Assembly: GCA_050331235.1 (NCBI GenBank)
Contig: JBHJHA010000015.1
Location: forward strand, 1-64,000
Direction of reading: 5' to 3'
DNA: 64,000 nucleotides
Source of the DNA: Leptolyngbyaceae cyanobacterium
GTDB lineage: Bacteria; Cyanobacteriota; Cyanobacteriia; Phormidesmidales; Phormidesmidaceae
Of the stretch, positions 53,198 to 62,857 are shown in pieces. The notes below the pieces were generated by a model. It was not told the origin of the DNA and ran no database searches. It saw only the letters and a program-made list of their open reading frames with translations. A program made the translations under genes and the position numbers. Every line of letters starts with the position of its first letter. The first letter of the stretch is position 1.

Positions 53198-53800
53198 ATG
53201 AGCTACCCCAGTTTCAGTAGTTACTTAAAGATCCTGAGCAGTTTGCTTAAGCACAAAGGACTGTGGCTACAGCAAGAATCAAGAGAGTTAGCCTATCTTT
53301 GTCAGGTTTATGGCAAGCAGCTCAAGCTCAGCCACACTGACCGAAAAATCCTCTTGATGGCAGCCTATTGCAAAAATCTCGGCGCGCTGTATGTGAGCGA
53401 TTTTTTACTCGAGCAAGAGTTTCGAGATCACGGTTTGATGATGTCTAGCCTGAGCACCTGGTTTGTCGAAAGTGTGCGCATTGCCCGTGAGGCTGACCTC
53501 GAAGAGGTGGCCATTATTTTAGAGCAGTATCACCAGCGGTCGGTGCCAAAGCATAAACTGGCCCGGATCTTTCAAGTTTTGAATACATGGGTGGCCTGCC
53601 AACAAGAAAAGGGCTGGCGTCATCCGATGACGGAGCGAGAAGCCCGAGTCATTTTGGAGCAGCGGGCCCGCTTACGCTGGGCCGACCCCATCATCGTGCG
53701 TCATTTTGTGCACTACTGCGATCGCACAGGCGGTCTGTTTCGGCGCACCGAGTCCCTAGCCGAGACCGCTGAAATGGATACTGCAGTTGCCCTGACTTAG
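53198..53800 (+). CDS. Degenerate HD-GYP-like protein
   Basis: Helical pattern tracks HD-GYP (LKLS...ILLMAAYCKNLG, QYHQR, ARIFQVLNTW, WRHPMT..EA, DP.IV..F); AGGAG RBS. Confidence 0.55.
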   Translation: MSYPSFSSYLKILSSLLKHKGLWLQQESRELAYLCQVYGKQLKLSHTDRKILLMAAYCKNLGALYVSDFLLEQEFRDHGLMMSSLSTWFVESVRIAREADLEEVAIILEQYHQRSVPKHKLARIFQVLNTWVACQQEKGWRHPMTEREARVILEQRARLRWADPIIVRHFVHYCDRTGGLFRRTESLAETAEMDTAVALT

Positions 53801-53813
53801 GGGCGATCGCCGC

Positions 53814-55349
53814 TTACTCACAGATGCCAAACTCCTGCCATTTGGGCAAAGTTTTCTGCAAAAAGGTCTCGGCTAAATCCGTTGCGTAGGGCTGCAGGGC
53901 CTCGCGAGTCGTCAGCGCTTGGCCGGCCTGGGTCAGGCCTTTATTCATGGCCAGCAGGCGTTCCGTCAAGCTCATACCCAGATCTGCCGCGGTAGCATTG
54001 GGGTGCTCAAATCGAGCTGCTAGGAGAATTAGGTCCACGTCGCTGACGGTCACCACGTGGCCGATCTGGCTGGCGATCGCAAATCGATAAGGAGCCCCAT
54101 TGGCCGTAGCGACGGCAATTTCGCGGTTGAGCGCTAGCGCCGGCGCGCGATCGCGGGGGGGGTGATAAAAGGTGATTTGACCGGCACTGAGCATAAAGGA
54201 TAGAGCCTGCACCATGTCGCCGAGATTCAACGGCTGTGACCCGGCTGCCTGCATCATTTCTCGTGCCGTTTTGGGGCCTTGGGCCAATAGGTCATAAAAG
54301 GCTTGGTAAATCTTCGGTTTGCCTTTGAGCTCACCCAAGGAAGTTTTAAATTTAATCTCCTCTGACTCCGGGGGACGGCTAACCAACGCATAGGACTGCT
54401 TGAGTAAGGCTGTCTGCCGCTGAATAGCCCAAATCGGAGCGGCCCCACGACTAAAAACATCCCGACGAAAGCTTTGGTTGGTTAAGGTATCGATCATGAC
54501 TTCTTGCACCACGGGATCGGAATACTGCTGCAAAACGTCTTTGAATTTTTGCGGCATGAAGCTGCGGATGTATAAATCGCTCAAGCTGGCGGTGCCCACA
54601 AAGGTTAGTTTGGCCGGCTTGAGTTCCTCAGCCACCTGATCAAACCAGCGAGGGTGCCAATTGTCATGCAAATATTCCTGCACAAGGTAGGCGCGATCGT
54701 GCTTCGCTACCTTTTCCAACATCGCTTTCATGCCTGGCAGCATCTTGGTCATGCCCGCCTGCAATTCTGTCAGCTCTTGTAGCCGGGCGATGCCGGTTTC
54801 AATGGCCTTGACGGACTCCAGGCTCTCGGTAGTTTGCCACAGCCGCATCAGGTGCTGAATCGGGTGGGAAGAAAACCAGGCAGGCAACGAGTTGTAGCTG
54901 AGATACACGAGCGCGCCCGCCGTGGAGGCAGCCTCAATCACCTGGACGATCGCCCGACAGACATCGGCCTGCAGCCAGCTGTAGATACCGTGGGCCGCAA
55001 TGTAATCGAACTGTCCCCAATCGGCGGGCCACTGCTGGGCGAGCTCGACAAAGTCAGCCTCTTCAAAGCGGATATTATTGAGACCCGCCGATTTGGCTAG
55101 GTTGCGGGCATGGCTAATATGCACCGGATTAAAGTCAATGCCCAGAAAGTCGTGGTCGGGATTGATCGCGGCCAACAAGGTCAGGCCAAACCCCTGGCCG
55201 CAGCCCAGTTCTAGATATCGCCAGTTGCCCGTTGGCGGCGCGACCGAGCGACTTAAGGCTACGTAATCAAGCCACTCGGGGCTAATTTCGCGATAAAAGC
55301 CAAAGGTGTAACCTAGGTCAGTGTTGTAGCCAGAAGACCAAGTAGACAT
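53814..55349 (-). CDS. Class I SAM-dependent methyltransferase with methyltransferase-regulatory-type domain
   Basis: YLELGCGQG, GIDFN, FDYIAAHGIYSW, SYN..P.W, YLVQEYL. Confidence 0.82.
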   Translation of the reverse strand: MSTWSSGYNTDLGYTFGFYREISPEWLDYVALSRSVAPPTGNWRYLELGCGQGFGLTLLAAINPDHDFLGIDFNPVHISHARNLAKSAGLNNIRFEEADFVELAQQWPADWGQFDYIAAHGIYSWLQADVCRAIVQVIEAASTAGALVYLSYNSLPAWFSSHPIQHLMRLWQTTESLESVKAIETGIARLQELTELQAGMTKMLPGMKAMLEKVAKHDRAYLVQEYLHDNWHPRWFDQVAEELKPAKLTFVGTASLSDLYIRSFMPQKFKDVLQQYSDPVVQEVMIDTLTNQSFRRDVFSRGAAPIWAIQRQTALLKQSYALVSRPPESEEIKFKTSLGELKGKPKIYQAFYDLLAQGPKTAREMMQAAGSQPLNLGDMVQALSFMLSAGQITFYHPPRDRAPALALNREIAVATANGAPYRFAIASQIGHVVTVSDVDLILLAARFEHPNATAADLGMSLTERLLAMNKGLTQAGQALTTREALQPYATDLAETFLQKTLPKWQEFGICE

Positions 55350-55513
55350 TAAAGAGAAATCCTATCTGTGGTTAGCCACTTTAGTTATAGACAGGGATAT
55401 CAAAGCTGCAACTTTCAGTAACACTCATTCAAACTTTGGGCGATCGCGGTTTACCCGATGCAGCCATGATTGTTCCCGGCCCTGTGTGAGGGCCAAAAAC
55501 TGGTATAGTCTGC

Positions 55514-55531
55514 ACAGACCGATCAGTCTGT
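55514..55531. promoter_or_regulatory. Putative TetR autoregulatory operator
   Basis: ACAGACCGATCAGTCTGT, one mismatch from a perfect palindrome, between a TATAGT -10 (55504-55509) and the TetR ATG. Confidence 0.75.
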
Positions 55532-55537
55532 TTTGGT

Positions 55538-56143
55538 ATGTCAAAAGCTGACCTGACCCGCCAACACATCATCGCTCAAGCTGCCCCACTTTTTAATCGC
55601 CAGGGCTATGCCGGAGCCTCGATGGCCGATATTATGGCGGCCACGGGGCTCAAAAAAGGCGGTATCTATAATCACTTTGCCAGCAAAGATGATCTGGCGA
55701 TCGCCGCCTTTGATTACAGTGTGCAAAAAGCTGGTCAGCTCCACCTGCGGGCCATCCGTCGAGCCCGACACAGTCCGGCTCAGCTCCAGGCGATGGTGCA
55801 TAGCTTTGTGGCCCATTTTGACGAGATTTGCGCCTGGGGCGGCTGCCCCCTGATGAACACCCTGCTGGATAGCGATGATGGTCATCCCCAACTGCAAGCT
55901 AGGGTGCGTATGGCGATGGACCAGTGGCGCTGCCTGATCAAAAAGATTGTGCAGCGGGGCATTGACCGGGGGGAACTTGCCCCGCCGACGAATCCCGATG
56001 CGGTGGCAACGATCGTGATTGCGGTTCTTGAAGGAGCTTTGGCCTTGGCCCGGCTGTACAGCGATCGCGTTCACTTGGACGATGCAAAAGCTCATCTCGA
56101 TGCCTATATCCACAGCCTCACTGCGGCCGATGACACCTCTTGA
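55538..56143 (+). CDS. TetR/AcrR-family regulator (NemR/LmrA-like)
   Basis: HTH GY.GASMADIMAATGLKKGGIYNHFASKDDL; GCPL.N. Confidence 0.92.
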   Translation: MSKADLTRQHIIAQAAPLFNRQGYAGASMADIMAATGLKKGGIYNHFASKDDLAIAAFDYSVQKAGQLHLRAIRRARHSPAQLQAMVHSFVAHFDEICAWGGCPLMNTLLDSDDGHPQLQARVRMAMDQWRCLIKKIVQRGIDRGELAPPTNPDAVATIVIAVLEGALALARLYSDRVHLDDAKAHLDAYIHSLTAADDTS

Positions 56144-56178
56144 CTTCAACGGTCCTAACGAGGCCCCTTTTTATTTGT

Positions 56179-56208
56179 CCTCGAAAAGACCGATCGGTCT
56201 TTTCGAGG
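56179..56208. promoter_or_regulatory. 30-bp perfect palindrome, putative TetR operator upstream of the GST gene
   Basis: CCTCGAAAAGACCGA|TCGGTCTTTTCGAGG; shares the AGACCGATC.GTCT core with the 55514 site. Confidence 0.75.
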
Positions 56209-56324
56209 GGGCCTGTCCTGTTAGGGATGCCGTCCTGCGCGCTGTTGCCCAGACCCGCGCCACCGATTGCACTCTGCTTGATACATATTCACTCTGATGT
56301 CACCCCGATTCTGGATTTTTTCCC

Positions 56325-56987
56325 ATGTTGACTTTTTACTACCACCCGCTATCCCCCATCGCTCGACGGGTTTGGCTAGCTTTGCTAGAAAAGGAGATTG
56401 CCTTTGAGGCTAAGCTTGTGGATCTCAAGGCCCGGGCAAATTTTGAGGCCGATTATTTAGCCATCCATCCGTTTCATCATGTGCCGGCCCTAGTGCATAA
56501 CCAGCTCTCGATAATCGAGTCGTTTGCCATTTTGGATTATTTGGAGGCGCAGTTTCCCCAGCGGAGTTTGACGCCTGTTGCGCCGGTAGCGATCGCCCAG
56601 ATGCGCATGGTGCAAATGGTCATTGCCAATGAACTGATGCCCAAATTGCCTGCTCTGGTATTCAAGCAAGATGCCGATCGGTCACCGGCTGCCGATATCC
56701 AACAGCAAGTCAATACAGTGTTTACCTTTCTCGAAGGAAAGTTGGGGCCGGCCAGCTATTTTGGCGGCGATCGCCTGTCCCTGGCCGACATTACTGCTGG
56801 GGCAGTGATGCCACTGCTGCGCCGATTGGGGATGACGCTCTCGAAATATCCCCAGTTAAATGCGTGGTGCGATCGCCTCAGCGCTCGGCCTGCCTGGCAA
56901 CAGACCGAACCCACTGCCGCTGACCTCCAGGCCTGGCAGCGCTGGATTACGGTCATGGTAAAACGGCATCGCCAGCGGCGGGCTTAA
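56325..56987 (+). CDS. Glutathione S-transferase family protein
   Basis: SPIARRV, HPFHHVPAL, ESFAILDYL, YFGGDRLSLADI. Confidence 0.9.
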   Translation: MLTFYYHPLSPIARRVWLALLEKEIAFEAKLVDLKARANFEADYLAIHPFHHVPALVHNQLSIIESFAILDYLEAQFPQRSLTPVAPVAIAQMRMVQMVIANELMPKLPALVFKQDADRSPAADIQQQVNTVFTFLEGKLGPASYFGGDRLSLADITAGAVMPLLRRLGMTLSKYPQLNAWCDRLSARPAWQQTEPTAADLQAWQRWITVMVKRHRQRRA

Positions 56988-58234
56988 GATTCCAGCGGTT
57001 CACTAGGTATCGACACTGAGCGGTGAGGGGCACCAGCAATACAGCATCCAGCTAGCAGCAAGGCCACCACTCCCAATAGGGTCGGCAAGATTAGTGGCTG
57101 TGCCCTGAGGCTATCGACAAAGGTGCCAAACAAAGAGGAGGCCGCTGCTCCACCGCTGAAAAACATGCCGGTGCCCAACCCTGCTTTTGGAGAGGGGACC
57201 AGCGATAGCGCAAAGGGAATTGTGCCGTTGGAGACCAGACTAAACGCAGTGCCAAACAGTACCGCCAGGATAACCGCTGCCCCCGCCTGCTGTACGGCTC
57301 CAACCACCACGCAGACAAATGCCAGTACGGCTAGTCCTGCAATCATGGCTCGGCGGTTACCTAGCCGTACTGCCAGCACTCCAGCGGGCAGCGCGGTCAT
57401 GGCCAGCGCGATAAAAATTACCCCCAGCACCAAACTCGCATTGGCGTTAGGTACCTGGGTATTCAAAACTCGAGAAAATAACAGCATGAGAGAGCGGAAG
57501 CCTAGGGTGACGCCCACCCCGGCACCAAACACCAGGACCAGAGCGATCGCCGAAACCTCTGCAGCCATTGTCGCGGCCTCCGCCTCCGCCGGAGGGACTG
57601 AGGTAGTCACAGTCGCTTCGGGAGCGGCCCAACGCAGGGCCACCATGGCCAACAGCAACACCGCTGACCCTAGGCCAAATGCCACCACAGGACCTAGATT
57701 CAAAATGCGTTCACTGGCGAGGGGCCCCATCGCTCCGGCGACACCGCCCACCAGCGTTAAGACACTCGCCGCTTGGGGTAGACGTGTGGCAAAGGCATAA
57801 CGACCTAGCAGCGACATCGCCGGGCTGCGAAACAGGGTCATCGTCAAAGCCCACAACACTAACATCAGCGGTAGTGTCCAGCGTCCCACGGCAGATAGGC
57901 CCCCCAGGGCGATCGCTGGCAAACTGACAAATACCCCCGCTGCCAAGACGCCTCCCAAGCCAATCAGAGGAAACCGAGTGCCCATCTGGCGCTGAAGGCG
58001 ATCGCTCAAGCTGCCCATGAGCGGCTCCATCACCATAGCCAGCAGATTTTCAATCACCAATAACCCCGTCGCCAAGGTGCGCTCCAACCCGACCTGGGTG
58101 AGCAAATCGACCAGGTACAGGTTGTAAATGACCCACATGAGCGCGATTGCTCCCTGCACTAGTGCCAGGCTGCCCACCTGAGTCCAGAGAATCTTGGTAT
58201 TGGTATTGGCCGTGCTCGTTTCGCGGGAAGACAT
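56984..58234 (-). CDS. MFS transporter
   Basis: About 12 TM segments, motif-A-like GSLSDR...GTRF and LAVRLGNRR. Confidence 0.85.
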   Translation of the reverse strand: MSSRETSTANTNTKILWTQVGSLALVQGAIALMWVIYNLYLVDLLTQVGLERTLATGLLVIENLLAMVMEPLMGSLSDRLQRQMGTRFPLIGLGGVLAAGVFVSLPAIALGGLSAVGRWTLPLMLVLWALTMTLFRSPAMSLLGRYAFATRLPQAASVLTLVGGVAGAMGPLASERILNLGPVVAFGLGSAVLLLAMVALRWAAPEATVTTSVPPAEAEAATMAAEVSAIALVLVFGAGVGVTLGFRSLMLLFSRVLNTQVPNANASLVLGVIFIALAMTALPAGVLAVRLGNRRAMIAGLAVLAFVCVVVGAVQQAGAAVILAVLFGTAFSLVSNGTIPFALSLVPSPKAGLGTGMFFSGGAAASSLFGTFVDSLRAQPLILPTLLGVVALLLAGCCIAGAPHRSVSIPSEPLES

Positions 58235-58684
58235 GGAACATAGACCCCAATTAGGGACAAATCAAGCGACAGACACTCGGTGATAGCCAAGACGCAGTTC
58301 CAAAGCCCGTTGCTTGCTTTCCGGGGAATGGATGATCAAGTCTCGTGCTCGCCCACCCTATCAAACCTGGCGGTACGGTGGGCTTGCCGCAACCGTTTTT
58401 AAGCAACCGGAGGTGCATCAGCGTCCAGCCCAATGGACAGCTACGGGCTAACTACAGCGCGTTTCAGGCTGTTCCAGACATGACTAATACCCATTCTGCA
58501 AAATAGCGCTACAGATCGAAGGTCCCCCGCGATCACCGTCCCCTTGGAAAGGGGGCTTAGCCCATACTGTATGGAACTGCGCCCTATTCAAGGGAATTGG
58601 CGGATGAGTTTAATGTGCTGAGCTTTAATTCAGAGAACTGGGACAAACATTGCATTTAAATAAAAAACTGAGATTAACCCACGA

Positions 58685-58714
58685 CAGGGGCGCTAGACAT
58701 CTCTAACGCCCCTG
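58685..58714. terminator. Hairpin downstream of the DUF2811-like gene
   Basis: CAGGGGCG.TAGA / TCTA.CGCCCCTG stem, 16 bp after the stop; weak U-tract. Confidence 0.5.
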
Positions 58715-58730
58715 CACAGCTGTTGACCAA

Positions 58731-58934
58731 CTAAGCGGCAAAATCGAACAGCGTATCCAGGTAGATGCGATTCACTCGGCGATCGCTACTTCCGTTCTGC
58801 ATCAGGAAAAGAGAAAGCGCCGCACAAAAAGCGCGTTGCTGATTCCAGGCCGGATGAGAATCGAGATAAGACTGAAGTGACTCGTGGAGTTCCTCCGGAA
58901 CTTCCACTAACAAGCTAACCATAGGGCCGCTCAT
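58731..58934 (-). CDS. DUF2811-like small cyanobacterial protein
   Basis: VSLLVEVPEELHESLQSYLD.HP.W.Q.R.F.AALSLFL.QNG; ATG at 58934 preceded by AAGGAGG. Confidence 0.8.
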   Translation of the reverse strand: MSGPMVSLLVEVPEELHESLQSYLDSHPAWNQQRAFCAALSLFLMQNGSSDRRVNRIYLDTLFDFAA

Positions 58935-59211
58935 CCATTCCTCCTTTGACACCATAGGCATAGGCAAACACCTGAAAACGGCACCTCCATGAAGCTAGGT
59001 CAAACCCTATCCCCGTTTCACATGGGGGAGTTCAGCCACTGCATTCACAGGCGCAACGTCTTCCGGTCGCATCATTCTGCCTACTCCCTCCGACCCTGTC
59101 AATGTTGAAAAAAAGCGAGGAATCTGTTGGAGGATCCGGCGACAAACGAAACAATCAGGCTTTCACCCGGACATGATGATTGATCCCCAAAATGGTCAGA
59201 GAAATCAATAG

Positions 59212-59316
59212 TGTGGAAACTTTTTTTCCCTCAATCCACAGCTTTAGGGCAAAGCTTTATCTAGCGTTGAATTCTGTGGAAAACGTTGTGGAAACTTAGA
59301 TTTAATCTGTGGATAA
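59212..59316. promoter_or_regulatory. DnaA-box cluster (candidate oriC or DnaA titration site)
   Basis: TGTGGAAAC 59212, CAATCCACA 59232, TGTGGAAAA 59275, TGTGGAAAC 59287, TGTGGATAA 59308; followed by an AT-rich tract. Confidence 0.7.
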
Positions 59317-59976
59317 CTTGAAATCCACCAAAAATTTCCCAAAAAAATCACAAAGGTTTGTAATTGCAGAGGGGCTTTTGTTTTTTTGATCTGCTGCCAA
59401 GTTACTCAAGTCCTTATTAGTCAGGCTTTCCAGGCAATTGTCCAACTCCCCCAGCGATTCTGCCATGAACGGTATCAAAAAAAAAAACATTTTAGAAAAT
59501 GGCACTGTTTTTGGGATTGGAAAATATTTACCAGAAAAATTTGGATCCATTTTTCTGGGGCGCCGATCAAGGAAATTCTTTAGTCTTAGTAAGGCGTTAT
59601 TACAATTTAGAATCCTATTTAGATATTCTTAAAAAATATCGAATTGCTTGCTTTCTCATAGCAAACAATTCAAAAGTCTGTAAATGACAATCTGGTTCAA
59701 AGCTGCTTTGTATTGACTTGAAACTGTCTCTGGCAAGCAAGCTGTAAGTTTTCAGATAAAAAATGATTAGTCAGAATTGCGGTCAGTATTTTTGTCAATG
59801 GGGTGGCTAGCTTGGGGGTTGCCGCCATGACTAACAGGCCGCAGGAAGGCGATAAGGCTATGGGGGAAAGGTCGGCCTGATCGCCCGCGAAAAGTGTGTA
59901 ACACTACGGTTACCAGGGCTCAAACCCCTGAAAGCAGCTAGGTGTGATGCTGGAGTGAGCAGAGAGCGGTACGGCC

Positions 59977-61338
59977 ATGACGTCTGAAAATGTAGATTGG
60001 AACAGCTTCATCGAGGGGTTGAATGGGGTGGAGGTGATCCGCGATCGCCCCCAGGTTGAAAAGCTCTCAAAGGACTACTACTACTTCAGCCCGATTTTGC
60101 AGGCCCAATTGGCCGATAAATGTGCCGATTTGGTGGTGCGGCCCACGACTGAAGCGGAAGTCCTGACCGTGGCTAAAGCCTGCGTGGCGGCTCAAATTCC
60201 CCTAACGGTGCGAGGGGCGGGCACCGGCAACTACGGACAGTGTATTCCCTTGGCGGGGGGCGTTATCCTCGACTTGAGTCGCATGAACGAGGTGAAGTGG
60301 GTGCGGCCCGGCATCGCCTGCGTGGCGCCAGGAGCAAAATTGGCTGCCATTGACAAAGTGGCGCGTCCCCAGGGGTGGGAAATTCGTATGTATCCCTCGA
60401 CCTATCGTACGGCGACCATCGGTGGCTTTATTGGTGGCGGCAGCGGCGGCATTGGCTCAATCATGTATGGTCAATTGAGCGATCGCGGCAATTTACATGC
60501 GGTGCGAGTAGTGACGTTAGAAGACGAACCCCGCGTGATTGAGCTGCGGGGTGACGAGGTGCAGCAGGTTAACCACGCCTATGGGACTAACGGCATCATT
60601 ACAGAACTGGAGATTCCTTTAGGGCCAGCTTATCCCTGGGCTGAGGTGATTGTGACCTTTGATGATTTTATGACCGCGGCTCGGTTTGGTCAGGCATTAG
60701 GCGACGCCGACGGCCTGGTTAAAAAGCTCATCAGCATCCATGCTGCCCCCATTCCCAGTTACTTTGTCAGCCTCAAGGACTATTTACCAGCAGGCTGCCA
60801 TGCCGCCCTGTTGATGATTGCTGAGCCGTCGATGGAGCCTTTTGAGGCGCTCGTCGCGGAATTTGGGGGCACCCTCACCTATCGTAGACCAGCGGAAGAG
60901 ACGGGCAGAAAGACGCTGCTGGCAGAATTTACCTGGAACCATACGACCCTGCATGCCCGTAGTGCCGATCCGTCTCTGACCTATTTGCAAACGCTGTTTC
61001 CCCATGATCCCGAGCTGAAGCTAGTGCAACACATGTACGAGCACTTTGGCGATGAGGTGATGATGCATTTGGAATATTTTCGGGTGCAGGGGGCGGTGAT
61101 TGCCGCCGCTCTGCAACTTGTGCGCTATTCCACCCCGGAGCGACTGCGGGAGATTATCGAATATCACGAGGCCCAGGGAGCGTTCATTGCCAATCCTCAC
61201 ACTTATGTATTGGAAGATGGCGGCCGCAAGGAAATCAACCCTGTGCAGGTCGATTTCAAAGCCCAGGTTGACCCCTATGGTTTACTCAACCCTGGCAAAA
61301 TGCGGGGCTGGCAAGAACGGCAACTGGCAAGGCGCTAG
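59977..61338 (+). CDS. FAD-linked oxidoreductase (VAO/GlcD-type FAD-binding)
   Basis: VVRP, RGAGTG..GQ, ATIGGFIGGG.GG, GTNGIITE, DP.GLLNPGK. Confidence 0.88.
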   Translation: MTSENVDWNSFIEGLNGVEVIRDRPQVEKLSKDYYYFSPILQAQLADKCADLVVRPTTEAEVLTVAKACVAAQIPLTVRGAGTGNYGQCIPLAGGVILDLSRMNEVKWVRPGIACVAPGAKLAAIDKVARPQGWEIRMYPSTYRTATIGGFIGGGSGGIGSIMYGQLSDRGNLHAVRVVTLEDEPRVIELRGDEVQQVNHAYGTNGIITELEIPLGPAYPWAEVIVTFDDFMTAARFGQALGDADGLVKKLISIHAAPIPSYFVSLKDYLPAGCHAALLMIAEPSMEPFEALVAEFGGTLTYRRPAEETGRKTLLAEFTWNHTTLHARSADPSLTYLQTLFPHDPELKLVQHMYEHFGDEVMMHLEYFRVQGAVIAAALQLVRYSTPERLREIIEYHEAQGAFIANPHTYVLEDGGRKEINPVQVDFKAQVDPYGLLNPGKMRGWQERQLARR

Positions 61339-61458
61339 CAGTATATCGGGCATTAAGAGGTTTCCCTGTTTGTAAATTACTGCGATCGCCCTGCCAAACG
61401 CATCAGGGTCTCTTACACTTTGGATGGATGTGATTAATACTGATGCGCGCCCTTCACT

Positions 61459-61875
61459 ATGTCGCTAGGTCCTCCCCCCGTCGAGGTGCAACGCTTTCAT
61501 CAACGGTTGAGTATTGGTTTGGCTGCGGCGCTAGTGCTGTTGGTAGTGCTGTGGCTAATTAAACTCTTGCTGCCGTGGTTATTGCTGGCTGCGGGGCTGG
61601 CCTCGGTCGGCTACCTGTGGCAGCGGCAACGCGTAGCTCAGCGGCGCCTTTATACTTGCTTTTACGACTGCCTGCAGCGGCAGCAAGGCAAGATCAGCGC
61701 ACTGGATTTTGCGATCGCTGCCCAGATTCCCGGTCCCCAAGCCCGGGCCTTTTTAGACGCCCGCGCCCGTGACTTTTTGGCGGACTTTGAGCCCATGGCG
61801 ACAGGGGATATTGTCTATACCTTTGGCTATCGGCTGGCTACCCCAGTTCACAGCCTGCCCAAACTCCGAGATTGA
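61459..61875 (+). CDS. Hypothetical membrane protein
   Basis: Two TM segments followed by G.IS.LDFA..A......AR.FLD.RA..F. Confidence 0.6.
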   Translation: MSLGPPPVEVQRFHQRLSIGLAAALVLLVVLWLIKLLLPWLLLAAGLASVGYLWQRQRVAQRRLYTCFYDCLQRQQGKISALDFAIAAQIPGPQARAFLDARARDFLADFEPMATGDIVYTFGYRLATPVHSLPKLRD

Positions 61876-61892
61876 TACAGCGACCCAGCGAC

Positions 61893-62857
61893 CTAACGCA
61901 AGGCTGCCGCCCGCTCTGCCCAGCGATCAACCGTAACGCCTCGATTCAACACCTCGGTTTGTTCTCCCGTGGGCAAGGTAACGCTTTCTAGGAGGGAGAC
62001 ACTGCCCGCGTGAAGCCCCAAGATGTAATACTGGCCATCCTCAAATAGAGCAAAAATAGGAGCTCCCGAGGCCCCCGGATTGGTATCGCAAGTATGGATC
62101 AAGCTGCCAGCGTATTCTCCCTCCGTCAGCTCGGCTAAAACACTACAGTCAGCACTGAGCCCCGCCGTTTCGCCTGGCGCGCCTAACCCCGACAGGTCAG
62201 CCGTGGGAAAGTCAGCCGCATAGCCCGCTACGCTCACCTGACCATCTAGGGCAATCAGGGTGTCAGCGCTGGTAAAGTCGATTTGCTGCCAGCCTAGAAA
62301 GCCAAACTCGTTACCTAGGGGAGTGTCTAGCGTGAGTAATGCCCAGTCATCGGCATCATCGCCAGTAAAAGGGCTGTCACCGTATTCATAGGCCACAACC
62401 GTAGCTGCCGCTGAGGACTCTCCCAAGACGACATTAGGGCGAAAGATGATGGTGTGGGTGGTGGGCCGGTCGGTTGCCGGATCGAGCAAGCAGTGGGCAT
62501 TAGTCAGCACCAAGCGGGGGCCCACTAGGGTGCCTGTGCAGGCTCCGAGTACCGTCACATCGTCAGCGGCTAGCCAGTCTACCCGATTAATGGTAGACCA
62601 GGGATATTGCTGGCTAAGATCGGGGTGCGATCGTCCCAGCTGATGACGGCCCGTAATGGCCCCTCTGTGGGGCGAGGGGAGGCGGAAAGGTGGGCCGGTT
62701 GATAGGCCCCATGGCTCTGCTCAGCCGTCGGCAATGCAATGGGCATCAGCTCAACCTTGCCAAGCTCCTGAGCGCTCACCGCGTAAGGCTGCCACGGAGC
62801 TGTGGCGAGGATCGCCAAGCCCCCTAACATCGGCAATCGGGATAAGCGCCACTGCAT
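61893..62857 (-). pseudogene. Trypsin-like (V8/glutamyl endopeptidase-type) serine protease with a 1-nt frameshift near 62618
   Basis: Upstream ORF has a signal peptide and AVISWDDRTP; the other frame continues LSQQYPWSTINRV...CTG.LV...LTNAHC, DWALL, CDT..GASG. Confidence 0.75.

Noticed and set aside
55541..56149. 202-aa antisense ORF over tetR
   Set aside because: Shadow of the TetR gene with no recognisable motif.
59302..59687. Short ORFs in the AT-rich tract
   Set aside because: Lys/Phe-rich translations of A/T runs, not plausible genes.
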